The position numbers and the translations under genes were made by a program. Positions 25,380 to 39,513 of a stretch of DNA of 64,000 nt are shown here, one piece after another. Source of the DNA: Utricularia gibba (taxonomy: Eukaryota > Plantae > Magnoliophyta). The stretch covers positions 4,898,001 through 4,962,000 of the forward strand of contig NEEC01000002.1 of assembly GCA_002189035.1 (NCBI GenBank), given 5' to 3'. The first letter of the stretch is position 1; every line of letters starts with the position of its first letter. A model generated the notes under the pieces. It saw nothing but the letters and a program-made list of their open reading frames with translations. It was not told the DNA's origin and ran no database searches.

Positions 25380-26150
25380 TAATGCCATATTCTTGAGCCA
25401 AATCTTTCAACATATGAAGCATGACATTCTTTGACTTCTCCTGATGTCTCTGATAGATAGGTTTTAATATGCAGATGATTAGAGATCATCTCAACCATCA
25501 TAAACATACCTGTGATAAGCGTCGCACTTTTTTTTATCTTGCAATAATAAACCAATTTCTTTAGAAGTTTGCAGCTTTGGATCATTTCCCAATTTCACAA
25601 GTACAAGTAAAAATTGCGTCAAATCGATATATAATTCACTTTTACTTGTCATATGATTTGCACAGCCTGATCAATGTGCTAGATGTTGTCATTGTCTCTA
25701 TTTTGAGTATCATTATTTGCCATCTGCATCTTACCATTGGAAGTCTTAGATTCTAAGTCAACATACGGTATCAAAAGTAACTGTTCCTCATCATTTTGCT
25801 CTAAGATGAGATCATTGAACAAAAGGGATATCAACAAAGTGTTTTTCCGTGGCCTCCTTGATAGCCTGTCACTTGTCTTGCACATAATTTTTTCCATATA
25901 ACTATTGCTATGAATTGAATTCTTCACCTTCAAGTTCTTAAGTTGCTTCTCACTTAGTTCCTTCTATTGACCTGAGCCTGAGGTGATGGTGGCACCAACA
26001 GGATATTGTGGACTTGCAATTTTGATAATATCCCAATACTCCTTGGATTTAAGGAAATTCTATAAAAGCATATCAAACTTCGAAAATGTTGCTTGAATGA
26101 ACCAGTTTCCATTGCTCTTCTATGCCATCTTTTTGCTTTGATACCAAATG
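25380..26150 (-). mobile_element. Ty1/copia remnant (Met PBS, gag, pre-integrase)
   Basis: PBS TGGTATCAAAGC at 26135-26146 (minus strand). Frame reading NFLKSKEYWDII...KLKNLKVKN-like matches copia gag NFLRSKEYW...KLKDLKVKNY. Confidence 0.75.
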
Positions 26151-27634
26151 TGAACAAAGATATGAGCAAAATTAAAAAAAAAAAAACAATGTTGATATCA
26201 ATTGAAATAGTCAAAACGCTAACCGCATCGTCGTCAGTTTTTATGAAATTACCAAAAAGGTCCTTTGGTTAGTTCTGTACATTTTTTTGGTTATGGAAGA
26301 TAATGATTGAAGATAAGGAAAATATGTCGCATTTATTTTCAAAATAATTAATTTATATTATTTGTTTTTTATGCAATAAAATTTAGTTTTCTTTTAGGTT
26401 TAACAGTTTTTAAGTTTTCATTTTGAAAAATTATTGAAGAATTTGTCACATAAAATAAAAATTCATGATACTAGTGAGTCATTTTAAGTTGATGATTCAA
26501 ATAACCAGATTCACATTATTATTCCGGCTTCTGTTCCTGCGAAGCGCAACGGCTATTATTAAAAGTCGCCACCGCGCACCCTCCCGAGACCGCGCAATGG
26601 TGGCGCTCAGTCAGCGGCCCCCGTGGACGCTGAGCCTCCGATTTCGGGCGAGCTCTAGAAATTACGGGTTCAGAATCAATGTCTCCAGAATTGTCCCAGT
26701 CTACGAACTTCTCCGCTTCTCAATTCACCTTAAACTCCGCTCGATTCTCCTGGAAATCAAGTACGAGCCCGAATCCTCCTTCTCAAACCCCGCTCCTTCT
26801 TTAAAGATCTGGATCCTAAACTTGCTCAACAAATTCCGCTTCAAAAACAGTCAATGGAAACGCTCGTCTGCGCGCGCGGTGAAAAAGGTCCCGATTTCAT
26901 TCATGATTTGTGCTGTGTTTCTGTCTCCACCTCCCTCATTTTCTTTCTCGAATCCTTCTGTAGTTGAATCCCACTTCCCTCCGTGGAAGAAGAAGGAGAA
27001 GAAGAAGCATTTGTGAATTGTTGCGACACTGGATTCGCTCCTGGGGTTGGGGTTTCGCAGCGATGGGGTGTGTGATATTCATGGCGGTGGCGGTGAAAAT
27101 ATTGTGGAAGTACAGTGGGCTTATCGTTTTACTGAGGTGTATTTTACCATATGCCGGTGGTTATATTGATCTCATGAGATGGAGAATCAGGTATATTAAA
27201 TCATCCTCTAATATTATCAATTTGTATGTCTCACGTTTTTTTAACTTTTTAATTTCATTATTTTAGTAATTTAACATCAATTACCACTCACTCACGAACT
27301 GAATCAGTCATGTTCATATTTATGTATTAAGAAATTCGAATATATTTGTATTCATTGACTGATCTCAATTATTTAAATAATATACATTAAGGGTAGGCTA
27401 TGCCCGTATTCATTCATATTAGTTTCGAAAGTTAGTTTCAAATTTTGATTATTAAAATATTTATATTTTTAAAATTATATATTAATTAATGTTTGAAATT
27501 GTTCACCATCGTTTGTTTTTGTTGGACAAGAATTTTAAATAAAATTTATGTTTGCACAGAATTCACTAATTGATGAATGAACCTCGTTCACTGTTCAGCA
27601 ACAAGCTATCTATCTGCTCTTTTAAAGAATTCCT

Positions 27635-28870
27635 TCATCGTTGCAGCATCTTAGAAAGTGGTTGCCTTTTGGGCACCACGCCTCGTTTGAGTGCCATTCC
27701 ATGAACAATGGAAGCTTCCAAAGATCTTCCCTGAACATTCAGTTCATTGATCAACGCATTGAAAGGAATGCCACGAGCTTTTCTTTGCGGATGCATAAGC
27801 ATCAGAACTGTCAATGCCTTGTCGACCTGTCCAACACTGCAAAGCCCATGAATGGTAATGTTGAAAGTGAATGTCTTTGGTGAGTATCCCATCTCAATCA
27901 TCTCCATCAAAGTTCCAAAAACTGAATCCATTTCTCTGCCCCTCCAGAAGGCTTCCACCAGCAGATTGTATGCACAAGGGTAGATGGGGTAGCCACTAGC
28001 CTTCATTTCGTCAAGCAAGCAATAAACGTCTTTCAGCAGCTCCTTCTGCTGCCTGGACGTCCTGCATAACCCTCTCATCAAACTGTTCATCAACCGCTCA
28101 TCCAGAGGAAAACCGTCTCCGATCATCTCCTGGTAGACCTGATGAGCAGGTTGTGCTTTTCCACACTTCAACAAACCATGAATCATCGTGCTGTAGGTGA
28201 TGTGATCCGGCTTGCACTTTGCGGTCGCCATACGCCTCAGTACGCCGAATCCCAACATAGGCCGGCCTTGCTTGAAGTACCCGTTGAGCAGGGTGTTGAA
28301 GGTTGCGGCATTGGGCCACAACCCCATTTCCAGAGCTTCATCCAGTAACTCCAGCGCTTCGATTGTTCTACCTACTTTGCAGAGGCCATTCATCATGGCG
28401 TTGTAAGTGCAAATATCTGGTCTCAAGTTTGATTTCGCTATGCTCCTCATCAATTCTTTCGCATTCTCCACCTTCCCAACATAGCATAACCCCTTCAACA
28501 AACAGTTGTAGACGCTGATCGTAGGCTCATATCCTCTGCTGCGCATTGCATCGAACACATGGAAGGCGTCATTAACTCTTCCATTCTCACAGAAGGAGCT
28601 CACAGTTTTCTGAAACGTAGCAAAATCAGGGTCGAAGCCAGTCTCCACCATCCGATGGAGAAGTTTTTCTGCTTCTATAGGATCATTCATCTTGCAGTAG
28701 CGATTCAGTAAAAACGAACGCTGTGGAATGGAGCCGCCGCCGAATCGCGCGGAGGGATTGAGTTTTTTCATCGTAATTAAGGATGCCGGGAAAAAAAAGT
28801 TGCGTCGCTCAGTGGAGCTTCCAGTGGAAAGGAAACCAGTATTGAGCGGCGGGGCACCGAGCAGGGGCAT
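27635..28870 (-). CDS. P-class pentatricopeptide repeat protein, 411 aa, intronless, about 9-10 PPR motifs
   Basis: Consecutive 35-aa motifs such as ISVYNCLLKGLCYVGKVENAKELMRSIAKSNLRPD and ICTYNAMMNGLCKVGRTIEALELLDEALEMGLWPN. The N-terminus resembles an organellar transit peptide. No E/DYW domain. Confidence 0.93.
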   Translation of the reverse strand: MPLLGAPPLNTGFLSTGSSTERRNFFFPASLITMKKLNPSARFGGGSIPQRSFLLNRYCKMNDPIEAEKLLHRMVETGFDPDFATFQKTVSSFCENGRVNDAFHVFDAMRSRGYEPTISVYNCLLKGLCYVGKVENAKELMRSIAKSNLRPDICTYNAMMNGLCKVGRTIEALELLDEALEMGLWPNAATFNTLLNGYFKQGRPMLGFGVLRRMATAKCKPDHITYSTMIHGLLKCGKAQPAHQVYQEMIGDGFPLDERLMNSLMRGLCRTSRQQKELLKDVYCLLDEMKASGYPIYPCAYNLLVEAFWRGREMDSVFGTLMEMIEMGYSPKTFTFNITIHGLCSVGQVDKALTVLMLMHPQRKARGIPFNALINELNVQGRSLEASIVHGMALKRGVVPKRQPLSKMLQR

Positions 28871-29649
28871 AGGGAAGCCGGGTGAACGAGTATCTGGGCG
28901 GCTCCGGGTCTACAAATTTCCTGCAGTCGTTACTCGTTAGGTTTTCTTTTATTACATTTTCTAGCAATTCCATTGAAATAACTTAACTCAACGGTGGTTG
29001 CATTATGAATGAGATCTTGGGAAATTCCTGAAATTCTAACATTCAAAGTAAGATTTAAAGTCTTTATTTTGATAATACGAAGTGTAAATTGTTTCATTTT
29101 TTATAAATATCTCATTTCTCTTGATTTCAATGGATGTTATTGAATCTTCCAAGTTTACTAAATCTTTCTTGAAATAATCTCTTAACAGCATATTTGGTAA
29201 TTAGTATAGTTAAAGAAGGTTTTATAAAGTAGGACTTGTTAAAACCAAATATACATATTTAATTAAAACCATCTCTTTCCTTATCTTTTATTTAAAGCCA
29301 TTTTTTGATTTAAAATAAAACGAATTTTATATAAAAAATTATTACCAAACAAAATTTATCAAAATTAAAACAACAGTAAAGTCATCCAAAACCTCTACCA
29401 AACATGTCCTAAGTTTTATGTAATTTGCACATGTCTCAAGCTTTACCTTTTCCTCAATTTCCTACCTGTAGGATCCAGCAATCTAGAGAACAATGCTCAA
29501 GATGATCTCAATGTGTTCTTCAGGGAACACACATCCCCCAATCCATCATACTTTGTTCTTCATATGCTCAAGTAAACATCGGCCATGATATTAGATATCC
29601 GGATACTTCAATAAGGCAATAACAAAAAGGTGGAAGGAATGGGTCTACA

Positions 29650-30010
29650 TACTATTTCTCATGCATGGAGTGAGTCAGAGGAAACCATCTATGTTTTGTG
29701 GGATTAAACAAACAAAATATTTAGAAACATTATTCTTTCTACCCTTACTAATTCTCTCATTGACATCTATATAAGCTACATAGATTTGAAGAAGATATGG
29801 AAATCGATGATAGAGAAGTACATTGTTGAAGATGCAGTAATATAGAAGTTAGCTTATTCCAAATTTTGTCACTGGGAAAATGGTGGAAGAAAACGATACT
29901 CATGAACAAGTGAATGAGCATGTTCAACTATCAAAAATATTAAACAACAAAAACATCAAACTGCCTAATGAGTTTCAACTGGAGGGTTTAATGTGCTTAT
30001 CATAAGTGCA
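29650..30010 (+). mobile_element. Copia gag (UBN2-like) fragment
   Basis: Translates in pieces as ILSTLTNSLIDIY...KKIWKSMIEKYIVEDA, similar to copia gag ILNALSNELFDVY...KEIW...KY..EDA. Confidence 0.6.
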
Positions 30011-30199
30011 TTGGAGATGTCAGATACATGCCTATATCTTGGACCAAACTCAACTCAAATAGGAATATTACAAATGAATACATTTTTGAAATAGCAAGAC
30101 TACTTTCAGAAGAAGATGTCACAATTAAGGTGAAAGTTTTTAGGAAATTGATTAAGAGGGATACATGATTTACAACACTATATTACCAAGTATGGCATG

Positions 30200-30620
30200 G
30201 TATATGAAAAGCATTCGAACTTATATACACTACATGAGAGATTTCAATGACTTCACTACTTCCCTTCCTACAAAAAGTTCAGACAGAATGTCCCAGAATT
30301 GTTGTCATCTATAAACAAAAAGAAACCAATATTTCCAATGTTAAGACACTCAAGTACGTATTTTGAACTTTTAGATCATGTATTCATATTTGTCAATGTA
30401 CTCGACCCAAGATCATAGTAGACGAAACATATCTTTACTCAAAATTTATTTATAAGTTATTGATTATTGTAACTATAGATTCTTGTGACCTTCTTTTACC
30501 TCTTACATTTGCAATAATAGATTGCCAAAATAACAAATCTTGGTTTTGGCTTATTGGATTGAGTTCATTATGTTGTTGTCGAATGAGGAGCATGCCTTAT
30601 CTCAAATAGGTGGAGTTGGA
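30200..30620 (+). mobile_element. MULE (MuDR) transposase fragment
   Basis: DETYLYSKFIYKLLIIVTIDSCDLLLPLTFAIIDCQNNKSWFW near 30420-30560 matches the MULE domain DGTHLYGKY.G.LL.A...D.N..IFPLAFA.V..E...SW.WF. Confidence 0.75.
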
Positions 30621-31839
30621 TTCAAAAAGCATCATTTCAAGTGTTACCTTTTAGACACTAATATGGTGGATGTCATTATCATTGCATACAACATCTGTAT
30701 TCCAATCTTTTCACTCATTTTCTAATGAAGTATTCAGAGAGAAATTTAATTAGACATTATATCCTACATCCATTGAAAAATATATGGTTAGAATTCAAAG
30801 ATCAATTACACAACTTGTAAGTATTTGAATTAATTACCTCGATAAATATTTTAATTTCTTATTGTATATTTTATTTATTAAATTCACATAGTATATTTAT
30901 ATAAATTTTTACTCCTTTTTAGGTATGATATATTGATAATGAATCATTTCAAACGATTAAATCTAATATTAAAAGAAGCTAAACATCTTACTTTAATGGC
31001 ATTAGTACATCTATTATTATATATTATAAAAAAATATATAATTTATCTATATTTAAAAAATTTACTAGTTAATACATACATGCTACGTATACTAGATGTA
31101 AACGATAGATAAGAGAAGACAATCAATCTATGATGTAAACACATGAATTCTTTCTTCGCATTATCTGCTCCTCGGTTTCGGATTCGATTTCCGTATCCGA
31201 GGGGTATTCCGGAATCAAGGGTTGTTTTTCCGCTCGTGGTGCGGTTTCAGGTTTCCCCTCTTGGGCGTTAGAATTCAACCCGAAGGTGCCCTAAAGTCGG
31301 AGAGGATTTCCAACAGAAGGGCCTTCAGATCTCTGACACATATCGATCTGTCGACAGGCATTATCCCATCATGACCCCTTTTTGGCAGCCTTTCAAAAAC
31401 CGATAATCCTCAGCCGATTTATACCCCATCACCATGATTCTTGAGTAAAAGATTGCACGCTATCCATTCTTTATTTTACTAATTCTTCAATGCTGGTTTT
31501 GTTCTTGCAATTTTGTGTAAATGATATCTAGAATCAATGCATTTTTCTGTTTCTTATGCTGAATATTTGAATTAGTGAAAATTGCATAGTTCAGATTTAT
31601 TTAGATTATGGTTTCTATTTTGATAATTTTTTCTAGTTGGGGTTTCTATAGCTGATGTCTCTACCTTAAGGTTTTCTACTCACTATAGTTTAAATTTTAC
31701 ATAAATACTAAGTGTATGCAATTTACTCTTCTTTAGTGGCTTGAGCTTAATTTATGTGCAAAATAAATGGAAATGATAGGTAGCATTACTAATGATCCTC
31801 CAGAATGTCAATCAACTACTCTATCATAAACTAGTAATA

Positions 31840-33240
31840 GATCTGAAATGGGATGGAAATACACAAGAGTGCAAAAGGTTAATAAAAAAATATATCAATT
31901 TATTGTAATTTTTGTGACAAGAAATTTGAAGGAGGTGGGATTTATCAAGTCAAACTACATCTTGCTTTTATCAAAGAACAAACTATTGAATGTCTAAAGG
32001 TTCCTTAGGATGTAAAATAAGACATTTCTAAAGCTCTAAGTTCAGAATCATCTAGGAGCAATAAAATAAAAATTGATGAGAAACCAAACTCTTTCTATCA
32101 TCTTCATATTTTAGATATGAATTTTGAGGAAATTAGAGTTAGAAGTGTTCAAAGCAACAAAAAAAGAATGAAGCAAAGTACAATAAAGAAATTCATTGTA
32201 GAGTAAGATTCAATAACAACAAAAAAAGTGTTTATTGCAAAGTTCTTTTATGATACATGTATTTTTTAAAATATTTGTAGATACAAGAGTTTTATAAAAA
32301 TCTTAGTTACAGAGTCAAAATTAGGAGATACTTTAGAGGTTCTATCGAATTGAGAGATATGTATTTCTTTATTGAAGCATGTCAAAAGGGAATTAATGTT
32401 TTGGATAAATGGTTTAAAAAATAGTTGGGCTGAAAGTGGTACTTATGTGATGGCTAATGGTTGAATTGATATGAGCTCAAGATCTCTATTGAATTTTCTT
32501 ATATATAGTTCTAATGGAAATCTATTTTACGAGTCTATTGATTTGCCTTCAGAGATTAAGGATACGAAAACATTGTTGTTGTTATTTGTAGAAGTGATTG
32601 AGTAGATTGAACAAAAAAACGTGGTTCAAGTTATTATTGATAATGCAAGCAATTACAGTAAAGCAAGTAGATTGCTTGAATTGCACTAGGTTGACACACT
32701 CTTTTAGTTTCTTTGTTGTAACACATTATGTCAACTTAATGTTGATAAATATTGGATTATTGCCGAGCAGTAAATTACTTGTTGAAAGAGCAACTAGTGT
32801 TTCTAGATTCATTTATAATCATGGTTATTGGCTTATATGTTTACGTAAAATAGAAAGTTGGAGAGAAATAATCATACCATCGGGAACCCAATTCAGAACA
32901 TATTCATTGCTCTCTCTAGCCCCATTGCTCATCGAGATGATCTTCAAGCTCTTAGGTTGAATACAAAATTTTCAGACTCAGTTTTGGGAAATGATAGAAA
33001 AAGCTGAGAGTTTAAAGATATTTTTAGAAATACAAGCTTTTGGAATGATTGTGAAGTTGTAATTACAATCTGAAGCCTCTTATGAAGTTTCTAAGACTTG
33101 TGGATATGGAAAACATGGAAAAAATGAAATTTGTTTATAGTGACATGTAAAAGTTTCTTGAAACAATAAAAATAATTTGTGATTACACTGAAAAGGTATA
33201 TGGTGCATTTACGAAAATCATTACTAGACATTAGGATGAT
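31840..33240 (+). pseudogene. hAT transposase pseudogene (zf-BED plus DUF659-type region)
   Basis: GWKY...CNFC.K.FEGGGI..V..HLA BED finger; later MANG*ID...RSLLNFL..S..G..F..SID, VVQVI.DNASNY and FIYNH motifs, with stops and frameshifts. Confidence 0.8.
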
Positions 33241-34549
33241 AAATATAGAAAAAAAAAATCATCACTAGACATTCAATAGCAATCTTGCATCAACACTCTA
33301 AAAAATGAACGAAATCAAAATTTGACTCAATTGTAAACAGTAGTTGGGATCTTGTGGACTTATCAAATAAATCAAAATCCATCAATAAAAACAGCAAGTG
33401 GGTTTTGAAAAAAAGAAATACCTACCTGATGGAAGTTTTGATAAATATGAAATGAAATTAAAAATAATAGACTTTATTCAGAAGAAAAATATAAACAATT
33501 CTGATATAGGTTTATTACCATTAGGTTATTAATGTATATGGATACTCTATTTAAGTGGCTATCTCAAGAAAGTTGGAGGACGTACCGTTTTTTTTCAAAT
33601 GGGAATGAAAAGTAAGATCACCATGACGCTGCATACCATTTCAAACCCATACGATGCCTCCTCTGATGTTTCTTAGACAATAGCCCCTACATCTTCTGAC
33701 AAATGCATGCTCCTGCTGGCCCTTGAAGATTTGCAATGTCAAGTTACCACACTGTTGTCCAAACAAGACACCCTACTCACCTCCATGCCACATTATCACT
33801 AAGGTATCCTCCTACATGCTTAATGATAAAGACATCCTCAAAATTAAGTGTGGAGGAGGAGTTATTCTCTATCCAACAAACTATTTGTTCGTTTTAGTAT
33901 TCAGACAATTTGTCGTATTTTTCTTTCATTCGTTTTTTATTTCTCCTAGTTATTGAGTCCACCTCATGCTTCTTGAGTTAAAAGACATCCATGTTTAGGT
34001 ATACCATATGACTGACCCATGATTAGAGTGCTTAGACATATCTTATTACTAGGAAACCTTCTAATTTTTTTCTTACTAGGAATTTCTTGCTTTTATGATA
34101 TGCATTAGGGAGGAGACTTGTTTAGGATTACTGTCAATTTTTTTTTTCCATTCAAGGTCTAATGGTACCTCATGTTAAAAAAGGAGGAGGATGTCGAAGG
34201 TAAGAATCGTCTAGCGAAATTGTGGGATGACCCAACTTTCCTTATGAACCATGAATGAGGCTTCATAATCTAGGCAGTTGTTTCTCAAAGCGGGTGTGCT
34301 TCAAAAGAAAAGAGTGAAAAAAAAGAGAGGATTAAGTCACATGGCCTATGATTCTTAAAAATAAGAGAGTGATTCTGAATTGTCCTTTCCCTGACTTCAT
34401 CGTTTCAGATTGCTTTAATTTAATTGGAAGAGTCTGGATGGAAAAAGAAGGTGGTACATACATTAAGAAAAGAATAAGTTACCTTAATCATGTCGTGCAT
34501 TACATACTGCTATAGCTATGGATTGTCATTTTGTTTAAATGTGGAGGTA

Positions 34550-36622
34550 TGTATTAAGTGTCATTTTGGTAAAAAATTTTATATCATTTTTATATGTCTA
34601 AATGTGAATAAGATTGTTTTATTAAGAGTTTATAATATAAATTTTAGTTTTTATCTAGATTAGGGCAATTATCTTAATTTATGTGTTTTATCTAATATTT
34701 TAGTTAAATTTTATTGAAGTTTTATTAGAGGCAAATACATGGCAGGAAGTGGACAAAGTAAACATTAGTGACAAAATATATCTTCCAAAAGTGATATTTC
34801 CTTTGATTTTCAGAATACTTAAGATACCTAATGATAAGTCTTGGTATGTGATATAATAACACAAGATATCATGAATGTGGTAGTATCAGAGTAGGAATTA
34901 GGGATGTTATATCGAACGAACACGAACACTTATGTTTGTGTTCGTTTGTTTAACTTTACCGAATAAAAAATTTGTTAATGTTCATTTATTTAAATTAATC
35001 GAACAAAAATTTTGTTCATGTTCGTTTATTTAATTCACAATCGGTTATGAACGTTTATGAATAAATATAATATATTTATATTTTAATATAACTATAAATA
35101 AATCAGTATTTTAACATAAATATAAAACATAATATTTTTAAACAAATTAATATTTCATACATTTAAATTGAAAAAAAATGATCGAAAATTATTTATAACT
35201 TAACTATTAACACAAAAAATAATTTATAATATTATATATATTGTAGAAATAACTACATTATGTTTATATATTGGTTAATATAACATATTTTATATTATTA
35301 TTTTATATCAATTCAAAATACATAATTTTAATATGGTATTATTATTATAATCGAACATATGTTTTATTTGTGTTCGTTTGTTTATACTATTTAAATGAAA
35401 ATAAACAATCTTAATCGAGTCAAACACAATTCAAACATGATTTGTTTCTTCGTTATAAGATTGCTATAGAATTAGGACATAAAATTTTTCAGACAATTCA
35501 TATACTTTCATTCTAGTTTTAGTTTTAGACTTGTTTTCTCTTTTTAGGATTTTATTCTACCTTCTCTTTAGAACTTTCCCTTTCGCTTTCTTGCTTCCCA
35601 TGACCGTTCACACATAAAACCCTTTTTTCCCTTTTGTTAGTTAATCTTTACTTCTACTGTTAGTTAATCTTTACTTCTACTTCGAATTTGATCGAGTTTT
35701 GTATTCCCAGCACGATTACGTTACAATCTTTCTATATGATAAACGGATATTTTAGCAATGTCGTTGGAAATAAAGAAAATCTCTGTATCAAATAAATTTA
35801 TAGTCTCTAATCCTCACAAAATACAAAGTAATCCGGGTATACACTCACTCCTTATAATCCAAGCTTCTTCATACTCCTCCGAATTAATCTATCCCTGCTC
35901 TCCCTTTCACTACTTATTGACTCTGCACATGCTCTTTTGATATATGCTTTTTTTAGGACTTGGGTCTCATGTTCTTGGAGCATTTTTGGTTGATGGAGCA
36001 GCATTTTTTTCTTGGAGCTGGTGTCAAGGTTGATGGAGCAGTAGTTTCTCCCTTCTTCTTCCTTGGGATAACGCTTTCTTCTAGCCCTACCAAAGATCTA
36101 AAAACAAACTCATTTCCTTGGGCTTAGATTAGTCCAACAACTTTAAATGAATATGCATCCAAGGGTACTGTCTTAGTCTCAATATGGAAGAATTCAAGTT
36201 TAGACAGTTTTTCAGGACAAAGAGTGTGAACCAGATGCATAACAATATGATCAAAACTTAAATTCTAAATTTTCGTGTTTTCAACATGATTCATTTTGTG
36301 TGCTATCACTATAATAACTTCTTATTTAAGATTTATGATTAGCTGAATATTGTCTACGTGTTTTGAACATGATTAAGATAGAAAGCACTAACTCACACCC
36401 TTTAAGTTCATTTTTGTTGTTTGTCTTACGTTTACTTACTCCAATTTCATCATTTACATTTCTACCAAATTTTACTTACAAACCCATTTACAAGTTGTAA
36501 AAGTTGTAATCGTTGTCACCATTCCCTAGAAAACAAACTCTTTGTGTTCGATACTTGTACTATGCATTTTATGCTTTACGATTTAAAAATTTTTCAAATT
36601 TGTTGTGCAATGACACGCATCA
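34550..36622 (+). mobile_element. Fragmented LTR family C copy with internal inserts, including a hAT-MITE-like TGTTCGTT-repeat segment at about 34900-35430
   Basis: Start TTAAGTGTCATTTT and end TTGTTGTG..A.GA.ACGCATCA match the two ends of the 53626-54973 element. Confidence 0.55.
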
Positions 36623-37349
36623 TAAAATTATTGAGTTTTTTAGTGAAATTAAGTGTTTTTTATCCCAAAGTTCCAAGAATCAGGAGAAAAACAGGAATTT
36701 CATGCAAACACCCATTTAACAGACTGAGCAGATAAATTAGGAGCAACACAAGTACAAAGAAATTAAAGGGTATACAATATTTTAGTAATTTTACTACTAT
36801 TTACATTCTAATGTGTAAAAGTGAAATAAATTATTATTTTAATTTATTTTAGATTTTAATAACCATTCCTCTAGTCTCACCAAACACAAGGGCAAGAATG
36901 AAATACACCAGTTCATTGTAAAAGCGGTCATTCTCTCTATTTGGCATTACAAAATTACCCACTATATGTAATATGTTCGAAAAGTAGCTTAATTAATAAT
37001 GAAAAATTACATAAAAAGTATAAACAGACTTAAATTTATATATATTTAATAAAGAAAGCATTTTAAAAGTTAAAATAATCTAAATTTTTAAATCATGAAA
37101 TATTAAAAACAATTTAAAGTAGATAAAATGTTAAATCATGAAATATTTTTTATGTAAAACTTGTTAATGAAAAAAATAAGCTATATAGTTCTTTAAATAA
37201 ACTATGATAAATTTCAATTTCAATTAAAATTCAATTTGATAAATATACATTTTCCACATTTTACAAGATTCATGTATACATGTCATTTGACTAAAATATC
37301 ATAATCAATATTCTTATTTATTTTATTTTATTTTTATTTTTTGTGAGCA

Positions 37350-38884
37350 TGATAAACGAAAAATCTACACATCTCGTAATATGCAAACTCTTCTATCAAA
37401 TAAATTTATAACTTAATACATATTAAAACATAATACAATTATGAGCGTAGTGATTAAGGTCCAACATGAAGACTAGGTGATTATCAACGCATGCAACCAG
37501 TGTCACGTTGATAGACTTGGTCTTAACTAGGATTAAATGAGAGTTGCGATAAAATACAGTAAAGAAAAGTAACAAACATATGAACTCGGTTGTTTTTAAG
37601 ATGAAATGGGTGATGTCTTAGGACTCCTAAGGGATGTATGCTTATCACTAAACACGCTCACACAACAAACAACTAACAAACAAAGTCTAGGTCTAAAACA
37701 AGTTCTAAATTCCAAGTGCACAAAAAACGTTGAAATAATAAAATAGGATCGTATTTACAGGGAATTATTATTAGAATTTTCTTTTTAAACAAATACTCAA
37801 AAGACTAAAAACAAAGAAAACATGGTTTTGAAAACAATAAGAAAAGTGGTTTTTGATCTAAGATCCATCTTGCTTGAAACTCGCCTTTTTAAGTATGCAA
37901 ACCTTGAAGACTGACTTGCTTGTACAAGCTTTGGGAGTGTTATTTTAAAATAGTGCTACTTGGTAATCGTTATAGCACCGTCTCTCGTTTTGTATGATTA
38001 TAGAATCAATCACGCCACCAAAACCATTTCACCTATTGTAATAACCCATGTTTTCCCCACATCCAAATCTAACCCCTACACCACTCACATCGTAGACAGA
38101 TTAGACAGATTGTGCCTTAGCAATAATGTCCGATTGAACCCTTCTTCTTAGAAGCTTCAGACCAACCTTTGATTCTCCTGTACTCCTTTAGGGTTATATA
38201 GTACTAACAATCATGTTGGTAAAGAAAACATTACGAAAAACAGAATCAAACTTCAAATTAAATGTTGAAAAACATAGTAAGATAGTCATACGCGCAGGAC
38301 TTGCGCAAGCAAGGTTTCACTACAAATCTTCATCCGCAAGCGCTCACACGTGCATGCTCAACTCTAAACAAAAAAAATTGATGAAAAACGAAAGAAAAAG
38401 AATCGAAAACATGCTAGACTTGACTGTAAACTCTAAAACTGTCTTTGTATAACTCTCAATGACTAACTCCTTCGATCTTCGGGCTCTAGTCTTTATATAA
38501 GGTGGGAATGTGTTAGGCTTTCTTAACGGGGTCATATCAAATTTTCCATTCGGGTCTTCTAAAATTTGATATAGATCTTTTAGGATAAGACTAAATTTTC
38601 CAAGATAAGATGCGAATCTTATTTTTTTCGAGAATATTTGATCGAGTCTTCATCCAGATAGACCAAATCTTTGGCTCCATCAAAGTGAGCTCGAAAATTC
38701 TCCAAATTATATCAAAATTATAGTGAAAAATCCAAAAACTTACTTTCCCTCTAAAAAGATCACAATTATATAAAAGATATAAAATTCTTCTAAAAACATA
38801 AAGAAAGAGAGTTAAAAAGTATGCAAACACCATCTAATTGAGTTCTAAAAAGTATAAATATAAGTGAAACAAAATCATGTATCA
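37350..38884 (-). mobile_element. Family A LTR fragment (37350-37700) joined to a family B LTR (about 37710-38884)
   Basis: TGATAAACGAAAAATC start of family A; the family B part aligns with 17061-18249 and ends ...ATCA. Confidence 0.8.
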
Positions 38885-39513
38885 AGTTGATTTATGGTTT
38901 TCTCAAATCCTTATATAATTGTACCATATCAAATACATTTTATATTTGGTTCGAATAAAAAATGAGATGTGACTTAGTTTAATCAGTATTGGTAAATGAG
39001 ATACAATTTGATTTTTAAATAAAATGTTTAATTACATATTACTTAAATGATGAAAAATAAATTGTTTTGAATGATATTTCAAAAGGATGATATTGTCAAA
39101 TTCTACCCAGATTCTTAATGATAATTAAAAACCCTAATGAACTATATTGAATTTCACTCTACCAAATAAAATATTTTATTTATGGATGTATGAAATCACT
39201 TGCCTCCAAATCATTGGTTGTATTTGTATTTATCTAAAATATTATTAAAATAATTGGCGTATAATATGCATGTGGGCCAAGTTAATGGAAAATAAGACCA
39301 TCTGAATAGTCTGTGTCAGTAGAAGCTGGCCCACCTAGTCGTTGCATGTGGGTCTACCTTCATAAAGATACCGGTCCTACCGGATAAGTTTTAATTTGTT
39401 AGTTGAAATATCAGCGCCGTGTCTCTTTGAAATAAAACAAAAATGTTTATTTTGGGAAGCAATTTTAGTGAATTTATGTATTATTTATTCGGAAACATGA
39501 GCTCCAAGTACAT

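Noticed and set aside
27641-28940. Several small ORFs overlapping the PPR gene
   Set aside because: Shadow frames of the PPR CDS.
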